From assembly GCF_008065095.1 (NCBI RefSeq), contig NZ_CP042911.1, positions 8,250,001 to 8,282,000 of the forward strand: 32,000 nucleotides of DNA. The letters run 5' to 3'. This DNA is from Gemmata obscuriglobus (lineage in GTDB: Bacteria; Planctomycetota; Planctomycetia; Gemmatales; Gemmataceae). Made by a program: the position numbers and the translations under genes. A model generated the notes under the pieces. That model searched no databases and had not been told where the DNA came from. It saw only the letters and a program-made list of their open reading frames with translations. Shown in pieces: positions 7,979-15,347 of this stretch (position 1 is the first letter of the stretch; each line of letters begins with the position of its first letter).

Positions 7979-9775
7979 TTACGGACGTCCCGGCGCGACC
8001 GGGAATTGAACCGGTGGAATCAGTTCGCCGCCGGGCTTTGGCACCGGTGCCGGGCGGGGCGTCGTGTCCTTCCGCGTCAGTACGTTTTCCGGCTTGGCGA
8101 GCCACTCGAGCCACGCCTCCTCCAGCGCGTCCATCGACCCGTAGCCGTACACCGCCTTGGCGGCCTTATCCCACGACTCGGCCGTGTTGCCGTCCGTGCC
8201 CAATTGGAGGAACGCGACCAACCGGCGGCGCCCGTCCGCTCCCGGGTTCCGAAACAATCGGTCAAGATTCGGGATGTCCTTGAGTACGGGCGTTCCGGCC
8301 GCCGGTGCGCTCGCCAGGAACCGCGCCACGGAGTGCCCCTGCGCGAACAGGACGACCATGTCCCGCGGGTACTCGGTCAGACGGAACAGCACCTTGAGGC
8401 GGATCCCCCGCCCGGAGCCGAGCAACTCACGCGCGCGCACGTCGTGGTTCAACTGCTTGTCGTCGGATTCAGACATGACGGCGACGCCTTCGTCGGCCCA
8501 CCGCGGGAGCGCTTTGCCGAAGTGGGAGGCGAAGACCGTGTGTGTGACCTCGTGCGGCAGCGTGGACGCGAGCACGAGTAGGAAATCCCCCCGGACCTCC
8601 ATCTCGGCCGTCGCCAGGGCCGGCTCGCCGTTGTTGTTCGTCCCGAACTTCAACCCGGTGGCCCCGCCGCTCGAGCCGCCCGGGGTGAACCGGATCACGC
8701 ACGGCTTCGGCCACGGCGGAAGTTCTTGGCCGAGCCACGCCAGCGCGATCGCGCGCCGGTGGTGCTCGGCCTCCGCCGCGATGACCCGCGCCATCATCGG
8801 AGTCGGGGCGTGGACCACGAAGTTGGCGGTCTTGGACTCGGTCCGGTTCACGTCGCGCGCCGGGATGCGCTCCGGTTCTACCTCCGGAGCGCCGTGGGCG
8901 CCGGCCAACGGCAGGACCGCAGAATGCCCCGCCCCGGCGGGCGTCGGAGTTCCAGGAGGAACCGGTTGATCCTGGGACCATACGACCCCGAGGCACACGA
9001 GCGCCGCCGCCGCGGTCGCCATCGCAACGGACACATTGAGCTTGGCCATGCCGTCCACGACTCCTTTCGCAACTGCGACCGCCGCTGTGTGCGGCGCGCC
9101 GCCGTCGAGGAACTGAAACATCACCGACACCGTCCGCGCGACGAGCGCGGCCGGCACCGCCACGGCCGCCTCGCTCGGACCCGCGACGAGCACGGCCGCC
9201 ACGGCCGGAACGATCCCGCGGCGCGCCAGTCGCGCGCGAAGGACCGCCCGCGCCCGGTCCAGCTTCCGCCGCAGCGTCCGCGCACTGGTGCCGAGGTCGA
9301 TCGTCGCCTGCTCGTAGGTGCGCCCGCCGACCCAGCAAAGCACCACCGGGTCGCGAAGTTCGTCCGGCAGTCGGGCGATTTCGTCTTCGAGCGCCGATGC
9401 CAGCTCGCCGAAGTCGGGCGGCGCGACCTGGACCTCATCGCGCCCGGCCTGCCGCTCGCACCGCGTGCGGCGGTGTTCCGCCTTACGCATCTGTCGGGCG
9501 ACGCGCCCGGCCGTCCCGACGAGCCAGCTCCCGACCGCCGCAGGTTTGCGCACAGTCGCGAACTGTCGAGCAAGGATCAGGAACACGGCCTGGAACGCGT
9601 CGTCGGCGTGCCCCGGGACCAGCCGCCGGCACGCGCGGTACACGATCGGCCCGTGCCGGCGAACGAGTTCGGTGAACGCGGCCTCGTCCTGCGTGGCCGC
9701 GAACCGGCCGAGCAGTTCGGCGTCCGGGGTCAGCCCTTCGGCCGGCGGGCAGAGCTTGAGGAGCGAAACGGGCAT
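7979..9775 (-). CDS. ECF (group 4) sigma-70 factor fused via TM helices to an extracytoplasmic HExxH metallopeptidase-like domain
   Basis: The ORF is 598 aa. Region 2-like sequence is FTELVRRHGPIVYRACRRL...DDAFQAVFLILAR; region 4-like is LPDELRDPVVLCWVGGRTYEQATIDLGTSARTLRRKLDRARAVL. Hydrophobic helices lie near residues 187-215 and 246-267. HEVTH sits at 8540-8554, followed by RWADEG. Confidence 0.85.
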   Translation of the reverse strand: MPVSLLKLCPPAEGLTPDAELLGRFAATQDEAAFTELVRRHGPIVYRACRRLVPGHADDAFQAVFLILARQFATVRKPAAVGSWLVGTAGRVARQMRKAEHRRTRCERQAGRDEVQVAPPDFGELASALEDEIARLPDELRDPVVLCWVGGRTYEQATIDLGTSARTLRRKLDRARAVLRARLARRGIVPAVAAVLVAGPSEAAVAVPAALVARTVSVMFQFLDGGAPHTAAVAVAKGVVDGMAKLNVSVAMATAAAALVCLGVVWSQDQPVPPGTPTPAGAGHSAVLPLAGAHGAPEVEPERIPARDVNRTESKTANFVVHAPTPMMARVIAAEAEHHRRAIALAWLGQELPPWPKPCVIRFTPGGSSGGATGLKFGTNNNGEPALATAEMEVRGDFLLVLASTLPHEVTHTVFASHFGKALPRWADEGVAVMSESDDKQLNHDVRARELLGSGRGIRLKVLFRLTEYPRDMVVLFAQGHSVARFLASAPAAGTPVLKDIPNLDRLFRNPGADGRRRLVAFLQLGTDGNTAESWDKAAKAVYGYGSMDALEEAWLEWLAKPENVLTRKDTTPRPAPVPKPGGELIPPVQFPVAPGRP

Positions 9776-10101
9776 CCGTGGCCCTCGTGTCGGGCGGGGC
9801 AGCGACTTAACTCAAGTAGTGTGTCGCCGTCGGGGGATGTGGCCAATTATTTCGGGCGGGTGAAGTGGTGCCCTCGAACCGGTTACCAAGTGGGGTGTGC
9901 GCATGGACGCGCGGCACGTGTTCCGAACGTACCTGCCCAAGACGGTCTTCCGGAAGACTGCCTTGGGCGCTTGCACGCCGCCCCCACCTCGGCTACCATC
10001 ACCCCGTTCTCGTGACCCGTTTAGCTCGTCGCTCTGCGACAGGACGATGTTGCGTCGTCCGAGCTTCTACCAGCGCATGCTTCGCGGGGAGCGCTGTTCC
10101 A

Positions 10102-10203
10102 GCACCGCTTTCGGGCGAATTCGCTCCCCGAGCGGTACTGGCTGCGACAACCCCGCCAGACGGAGTTCAGTACCGCTCGGGGAGCGAATTCGCCCGGCGG
10201 TGC
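10102..10203. repeat. 102-bp palindromic element (29-bp perfect arms, 27-nt loop)
   Basis: CGGGCGAATTCGCTCCCCGAGCGGTACTG at 10112-10140 is the exact reverse complement of 10168-10196. The arms extend by GCACCGC/GCGGTGC across a TTT bulge. Each arm contains its own mini-dyad CGCTC-CCC-GAGCG. Confidence 0.85.
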
Positions 10204-10254
10204 CGTGAGCGCTCCGCGCCCCAGGAAGAGAAGTGAACGCCACGGGAACGCGAG

Positions 10255-10278
10255 CGGGCCGGGAGTGATCCCGGCCCG
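10255..10278. repeat. AGTGAT-loop hairpin (9-bp GC stem)
   Basis: The sequence is CGGGCCGGG-AGTGAT-CCCGGCCCG. The same loop and CCGGG/CCCGG stem core occur at 12325-12352 and 23633-23656. Confidence 0.75.
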
Positions 10279-10443
10279 TGTCGTTGCGCGAACCCGCCGT
10301 TCGGTCAGGTCGCGGTGGGACACCGCGGGCCGGGTGAAGCCGGCGGTTCGATTCGCCCGCGAACAGGCCCAGCGGGTTCGCCCTCCGTGCCGGTCGAGGG
10401 TTGCCGTATCATCGGTTCTGCGTCCCGTTTCGCATTTCCCCGG

Positions 10444-11544
10444 GTGACAGACGTGTTACCGGCATTGCTCCCGCTGCTCCTGCTCCTCAGTGAAGTGTTG
10501 CAGGAACGCCCGGCCCCGATCACGGCCGGGCTGGTGGCCGAAAAGCTCACCGCCCTCGCGGAGTCGAGGCCCTTTGATGTGCGGAAAGCGGCGGCAGCGT
10601 GGTTCGTCAAGCATGCCAACGAGCCGAGCGTGGCCAACGCGCTCAAGCCGCTGGAAGACGTGGCCGCCTTCGATCAATCCCCGGAGGTGCGCGGGTACGC
10701 CGTGTACGCGCTCGGCCGTATCGCCAGGGCGAACAAGGTGGCGTGCCCGCAAGTGGTTTTCGACGCCCTGTTCGACCGGGAGCCGGACCCTGAGTATCCC
10801 GAGGTCCGGCACGTGCCGTATTACGCGATCGCCGCGCTGCACGAGTTCAAGCCGCCACCGCCAGCCCTTCTTCCCACCATCGCCCGCCTCCTCCGGTCAC
10901 CGGACCCGCACTGCCGGATGGACGGCGTCGTTCTGGTCAACAACTTCACCGGCGATACGGCATCTCGGAAGGTACTGGACCAACAGCCCGCGGTCGCACG
11001 ACTGATCCTCAAGGCGACGACTGACCCGGAACTGGAGGTCCGACGGGTGGCGGCCTACACCCAGTTCCAGCTCACGAAAGATGTCGCCGAGTTCTTCGGC
11101 AACGCCTTGCGGCATCAAGACGACGTGGCCAGCTTGCCCGCTCTACCGATGACGGCAACGGAGCCAGAAAAGTCGAAGCGCACCGGGTACCGGATCGGGG
11201 CCATAGGGGTGACGACGATGATGGAGGACCGCGTGCAGGAGTCGGCGACGGTCACCCGGGACGCCTTCCTGAAACTCTTGGCGGGAACGGACGCCCGCAC
11301 CCGCCGGCTGACGGCGGGCCACCTGGGCCGAATTGCTGCGCCGGCCGACGAGGCACCGCCACACGCCGCTTTGCGCGGCGCGGCGTTCGATGTGAAGCGG
11401 CTGCAAGCGAACACAAAGGCTATCGTCGGCGACACCGCGATCCGCAGCCGGTTAAAGTCGCTGGCCAAGACGGACCCGGACGAGAACGTTCGCAACGCCG
11501 CGAAGGCGGCACTGGAGTTGATCGGCATGACGACGGATAAGTGA
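10444..11544 (+). CDS. HEAT-repeat protein with N-terminal hydrophobic segment
   Basis: ORF 10315..11544; the start is uncertain (GTG 10444 gives VTDVLPALLPLLLLLSEVL). HEAT-like units recur: DQSPEVRGYAVYALGRIA, LLRSPDPHCRMDGVVLV, DPELEVRRVAAYTQ, DPDENVRNAAKAALELIG. Confidence 0.75.
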   Translation: MTDVLPALLPLLLLLSEVLQERPAPITAGLVAEKLTALAESRPFDVRKAAAAWFVKHANEPSVANALKPLEDVAAFDQSPEVRGYAVYALGRIARANKVACPQVVFDALFDREPDPEYPEVRHVPYYAIAALHEFKPPPPALLPTIARLLRSPDPHCRMDGVVLVNNFTGDTASRKVLDQQPAVARLILKATTDPELEVRRVAAYTQFQLTKDVAEFFGNALRHQDDVASLPALPMTATEPEKSKRTGYRIGAIGVTTMMEDRVQESATVTRDAFLKLLAGTDARTRRLTAGHLGRIAAPADEAPPHAALRGAAFDVKRLQANTKAIVGDTAIRSRLKSLAKTDPDENVRNAAKAALELIGMTTDK

Positions 11545-11667
11545 GTCGGACGTGTGCGCGACCTCTAGCGGGCGCGCCGGCAAGCCCCAGCGGGATCGGC
11601 GGCCCAGGTGCTCGAAGGGCTTCAGTGGTTTCCCGTTCGAGCCGCGTAGCCGTGTACGGGTTCTCAA

Positions 11668-11788
11668 TGTGGCCCGCTCACTCCGTGAGCGGGGGCCGGG
11701 GCTCGGATGTGCGTCGCGTACAACCGCCGGACCGACTGCACGCGGAGCGGATGCGCGGAGCAACCGCTCACGGAGTGAGCGGGCCACA
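11668..11788. repeat. 25-bp perfect inverted repeat whose arms are themselves hairpins
   Basis: TGTGGCCCGCTCACTCCGTGAGCGG (11668-11692) is the reverse complement of 11764-11788, with a 71-nt spacer. Each arm contains CCGCTCAC-NNN-GTGAGCGG (8-bp stem). Confidence 0.85.
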
Positions 11789-11837
11789 CTTCAGGCCAGA
11801 ACTGCCGCGCGAACGGGAAATAACCGGACTCATCGTG

Positions 11838-11955
11838 AGTCGTTTCAAGTTCCAGGTTCCAGGTTCCAAGTTGGGAACCGGCTCGGCAAAAGCCCCAGGC
11901 CATTCGTGTGCCTTAGCTTTCACGTGGAACGTGGAACCTGGAACTTGAAACGACT
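11838..11955 (+). mobile_element. MITE-like palindromic element, copy 1 (118 bp)
   Basis: The termini AGTCGTTTCAAGTTCC (11838-11853) and GGAACTTGAAACGACT (11940-11955) are exact reverse complements. The arms are built of GTTCCAGGTTCCA-type units, and the core is GGCTCGGCAAAAGCCCCAGGCC. Related copies lie at 13029-13143 and 23355-23470. Confidence 0.7.
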
Positions 11956-12131
11956 GGTGCCGTCTGCCGGAACCGGCTGCGGAACAAGTAAACGGCTCCG
12001 GCGGAGCGCCCGTTGGGTCGGGTTCCGCCGGAGCCGGTGAGTAAGAGCGAGGGCACCGCGACCCGCACCCAGCACGGGTCGCGGTCGCTGCTGGCTCTGA
12101 AACAGCGTCCCGGGGAGTGAGGCCGGGAGCA

Positions 12132-12227
12132 CACCCGGATTATCGAGCCGCGCGGGCGCGATTTGCGGCGGGGCGCGACTCCCGCCGGGCACGCAAATCG
12201 TGCCCGGCGGCGTCGATAATCCGGGTG
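12132..12227. repeat. 96-bp imperfect palindrome
   Basis: The outer 15-bp perfect arms are CACCCGGATTATCGA (12132-12146) and TCGATAATCCGGGTG (12213-12227). The inner arms are CGATTTGC (12159-12166) and GCAAATCG (12193-12200). Confidence 0.75.
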
Positions 12228-12324
12228 CCCCGGTTGGCTCTCCGGGCGCTACACGGAGGAGGTAGCGACAACTGTCCGCGAAGGCGGGCGGTTGGGTCCT
12301 CAGTGTGAAACGGTGTGTGACGCG

Positions 12325-12352
12325 ACGGCCCCGGGAGTGATCCCGGGGCCGT
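12325..12352. repeat. AGTGAT-loop hairpin (11-bp stem), 36 bp beyond the stop of the 12388-13017 gene
   Basis: The sequence is ACGGCCCCGGG-AGTGAT-CCCGGGGCCGT. A weaker variant with loop GGAGTGAGG lies at 12108-12128. Confidence 0.75.
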
Positions 12353-12387
12353 CTTTGTTACGCGCCGGCCCGGGGCGAGCGGTGGCG

Positions 12388-13017
12388 TTACTCCCTGCCC
12401 AGCACCAGATCCGCCACCCAGCACCCGCGCACGTGCGGCCCGTCTCTCTGGCAGTGTTCGAGCACCTCCGCACGGTCGCACCCGGCGTCCTGAAGCGCGT
12501 CCGCGAGGATGGGCATGGCGCTGAAGTCCCGGGACTCGTACATGCCGGAGGCGAGCGCGACGGCCGTGCCGGTGCGCCAGGAGGGGGAGAAGGTGACGGG
12601 GCGGAACGGGTTCCCGAAGATGTCGCGGAGGAGGTTTGCTTGCGTCCGCCATTCTGCCGGAACATTCGTGGTCGCCACTGCGGCCCATTGATTCGCTCGC
12701 TTCCAGCCGCGGTGCGAAGCCTCGCCACCGTCGACCGCGCAGGCGACGGCGGCCCCTGAATCGATGTGGTCGCCGTAGTCCCACGACGTAATCTTCGGCG
12801 GGCTCGGGTTGATCGCTAAAAGCTCCTCCCGGTTCGCATGCCCGTCCGCGAACCGCTCGGCCACGGCAATCGCCTGCGACCCAAAAGCCGTCAGCGTTGA
12901 AGCGATGCGGTGGCAGCACGCACACGCAAAGAGAATTCCCTTGCGTTGACTCGGCGACGTGAGGGCGTTGAGCATCGCATCAGGGTTTTCGCTTACCAGC
13001 CATTCTACTTCGGTCAT
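12388..13017 (-). CDS. conserved hypothetical protein of a planctomycete/myxobacterial paralog family (C-terminal MPILADALQDAGC...HVRGCWVADLVLG motif)
   Basis: ORF 12388..13032; the start is ATG at 13015-13017 (MTEVEWLVSENPDAMLNALTSPSQRKGILFACACCHRI...LLRDIFGNPFRPVTFSPSW...). The family is recognised from memory only, and its function is unknown. Confidence 0.8.
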   Translation of the reverse strand: MTEVEWLVSENPDAMLNALTSPSQRKGILFACACCHRIASTLTAFGSQAIAVAERFADGHANREELLAINPSPPKITSWDYGDHIDSGAAVACAVDGGEASHRGWKRANQWAAVATTNVPAEWRTQANLLRDIFGNPFRPVTFSPSWRTGTAVALASGMYESRDFSAMPILADALQDAGCDRAEVLEHCQRDGPHVRGCWVADLVLGRE

Positions 13018-13028
13018 GCCGCACCTCC

Positions 13029-13143
13029 GCATCCGGTCGTTTCAGGTTCCAAGTTCCGGGTTGGGAGCCGGCTCGGCAAAACCCAGGCCGTTCGTGTGCC
13101 TTCAGCTTCGCGTGGAACTTGGAACCTGGGAACAACCGGATGC
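13029..13143 (+). mobile_element. MITE-like palindromic element, copy 2
   Basis: GCATCCGGTCGTTTCAGGTTCCAAGTTCC...GGCTCGGCAAAACCCAGGCCGTTCGTGTGCC...GGAACTTGGAACCTGGGAACAACCGGATGC is collinear with copy 1. It fills almost the whole gap between usp stop 13148 and gene start 13017. Confidence 0.7.
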
Positions 13144-13147
13144 GGCG

Positions 13148-13600
13148 TCAGTGCGTGTCCGGTCGGACCGTAAGAACGGGGCAGTGGGCGTGGCGCACCA
13201 CCTGCTCCGCGACGCTCCCGAGGAACACGCGGGCCAGCCCGCCGCGCCCGTGCGTGCCGACGCACACCAGATCCGCTCCGAGGTCTTTGGCGGCGGCGGG
13301 GATTTCCTGTTCGGGCGCCCCGAGGCGCACCTCCCGGCGCGGGTTGCGGGGCTGGAGCCCGAGCGCCGTCACGAGGTTCGCCAGCCCGACTTTGCCGGCT
13401 TCGGTCAGGGCTTCGAGGTCGGTGACGGGCACCGGGGCGGGCATGACGGCGTCCGGCAGAGCCAGCACCGTGTCCGGGACCACGTGCAGGAGCACCAACT
13501 CCGCGCCGAACTTGTCGGCCAGTTCGGCGGCGTACCGAACGGCCTTCGTGGCGCAATCGCTGAAATCGGTGGGGACGAGGATGCGGCGGATGGAGATCAT
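13148..13600 (-). CDS. universal stress protein (UspA family)
   Basis: The 150-aa ORF reads MISIRRILVPTDFSDCATKAVRYAAELADKFGAELVLLHVV...VCVGTHGRGGLARVFLGSVAEQVVRHAHCPVLTV. These are the classic Usp ATP-binding signatures. Confidence 0.9.
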   Translation of the reverse strand: MISIRRILVPTDFSDCATKAVRYAAELADKFGAELVLLHVVPDTVLALPDAVMPAPVPVTDLEALTEAGKVGLANLVTALGLQPRNPRREVRLGAPEQEIPAAAKDLGADLVCVGTHGRGGLARVFLGSVAEQVVRHAHCPVLTVRPDTH

Positions 13601-13734
13601 GGGTGCGGCTCCCGAGGTAGGGGCGGTACCGGCATTTTAGCCGGCAGGGGGCAATCTCGTCCGGCGCCGGTCGCGGTGCCATCAGTTAAGTGTGCGAGGT
13701 GCGGCGCGTTCGTCCCGTTCGGATACCGTTCGCG

Positions 13735-13743
13735 CTTCTGAAT
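13735..13743. repeat. target-site duplication (left copy) of the ISKra4-like element
   Basis: CTTCTGAAT directly abuts the left inverted repeat. An identical 9-mer lies at 15200-15208, directly after the right inverted repeat. Confidence 0.85.
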
Positions 13744-15199
13744 GGGTGTAGCAACGTTTCCTGGTGCCGCCCCAGTTTGCCGAGTCAGTTCGATTCCCAG
13801 TACGCGTCCCAAGTTCCGCTGTAGAGGGCGCAGCAGACGCCCGCGATGCGATTCACGTTCTCCGGCACCCACCGCGCGTTGTTCGCTTTCAGACGCCGGC
13901 CGATGAGGTTCTTCGCGGCCCCCTCGATCAGACCGCTCCCGATCGTCTGGCCACGCCGCAATCGCAACGCATACGGCAGCCGGTCCTGGTGACCGGCCAA
14001 ATAGTTCAACATCCCACCCAACGACGCCCCATCGCCCCCGCGCGGGTGCAACCCCAACTCACCGACCCAATCCACCACACCCGTGTAACCGTCGCCCAGT
14101 AACAACTCTCGGCCTCGTGCCGTCGCCTCGTCCACCGCCTCGGGGGCATTGACCAAGTACCCCCTCGCCGCATGCGACACGTATTCCAGGGCGTGAAAGA
14201 TGTCCAACACCCCTCGCGCGTTGGGGAACGCTTCGGCGGTCCGATTCCAGATCCACTCGGCCCCATCGGCCAACACGCTCAACCGCGACTGCGGATCGAT
14301 CCCCAGGTGCTCGGCCCGCGGCACCCACTGCGACGCGAACGCGTCGCTCTCCGCAACCTCCGCGAACGCGAACCGGGCCGTCGGGGCGGGCAACGTGCGC
14401 GTGTCCCACTCGGCAACCGTCGCCCCGGGGCCCGGAACTCGCTTCACGAAGATCCCGATCTTCGCGTCCCGCCACCCGCTCACGGTGTTCACCTTGGTCG
14501 CATCGGTCTCGAATTCGATGTCCCCCGAAGCGGTCCGAAAAGGGACTGCGGCTTCGGGCGCCGAGGCTCCAAACGCCGCCAGCTTCGGGCCTTCTCGTAA
14601 CGTGCGCGGACGGATCAACTCATCGGATACTTCGACCCCACAGAACCGCGTCCGGTTGGTGCGTGCCGCGTCGAACGACCAACTCCCGCCGGCCAGCACG
14701 ATCAGCTGCAGCGCCTCGGGTGAGACGGAATCCGTCAGCCCGATGCGGTCATCCAGCGGGCACCCCGAGTCCCGGCACCCGGGGCACACGAAGTAGGTGC
14801 GGCGGAGTTCGATGGTGCCGACGGCGGTCACCAGTTGGTGGTCGGATCGGCCCTTGTTGGCGCGTCGCGTGCCGCACCCGCAGGTGCGGCTCGGGGCCCC
14901 TTTTTTTCGACCCCCTCGGCCTGGGCTTGTAACACGATCGCCAGTGACCGACGCAACAGCTCCCGGCCCTGCTCCAGGACGCACGCCTCGGCCAACCGGA
15001 GCACCTGCCCATCGGGGGCGTCCGTCGCCGTGCGGGCGAGTTGCCGGGCGTAAGCCAAGGCCTGTTCCAAGATCAACGCTTCCGTTGCATTCTCGGCGGT
15101 GAACGTCGTTGACATCGGGGGCGTCCTTTCCCGGTTCGGGGGCAGATCTCCTCATTTACCAACGGGTTCCAAAAAACACCAGGAAACGTTGCTACACCC
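13744..15199 (-). mobile_element. ISKra4-like insertion sequence (1456 bp) with perfect 23-bp terminal inverted repeats
   Basis: The left inverted repeat GGGTGTAGCAACGTTTCCTGGTG (13744-13766) is the exact reverse complement of 15177-15199. It is flanked by the 9-bp direct repeat CTTCTGAAT and encodes one transposase in two frames. Confidence 0.85.
13785..15115 (-). CDS. ISKra4-family-like transposase encoded in two overlapping frames joined at A_AAA_AAG (14900-14906)
   Basis: The N-terminal frame 14828..15115 reads MSTTFTAENATEALILEQ...QAQAEGVEKK. The -1 frame continues GAPSRTCGCGTRRANKGRSDHQLVTAVGTIELRRTYFVCPGC...LADGAEWIWNRTAEAFPNARGVLDIFHALEYV...WESN to TGA 13785-13787. The fused product would be 443 aa. 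The family call rests on the remembered ADGAxWIWN...LDxFHA signature. Confidence 0.75.
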
Positions 15200-15208
15200 C
15201 TTCTGAAT
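15200..15208. repeat. target-site duplication (right copy) of the ISKra4-like element
   Basis: CTTCTGAAT is identical to 13735-13743. Confidence 0.85.
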
Positions 15209-15263
15209 GGTCCCGGGGCCGACGTGTGCATGCGCCGAAAGAACCCGGACCGCTGACGACTGC

Positions 15264-15347
15264 CGCGCGGGGCTGTAACGGGGGGTACAGTGCGGCGCAC
15301 GGCGCCAACGCACCCCGCGCGGAACTGTCACGGGGGTTACAGTGCGG
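15264..15347. repeat. two copies of a 32-nt direct repeat (28/32 identical, 52-bp period), each with a CTGT-N10-ACAG dyad; candidate operator pair
   Basis: The copies are CGCGCGGGGCTGTAACGGGGGGTACAGTGCGG (15264-15295) and CGCGCGGAACTGTCACGGGGGTTACAGTGCGG (15316-15347). They lie in a ~700-bp stretch with no convincing ORF. Confidence 0.6.

Noticed and set aside
9915-9945. A possible ECF-type autoregulatory promoter (GGAAC ... CGTC on the minus strand) upstream of the sigma gene.
   Set aside because: The spacing between GGAAC and CGTC is only ~10 nt rather than the ~16-17 nt expected. A single weak match cannot be supported without transcription start data.
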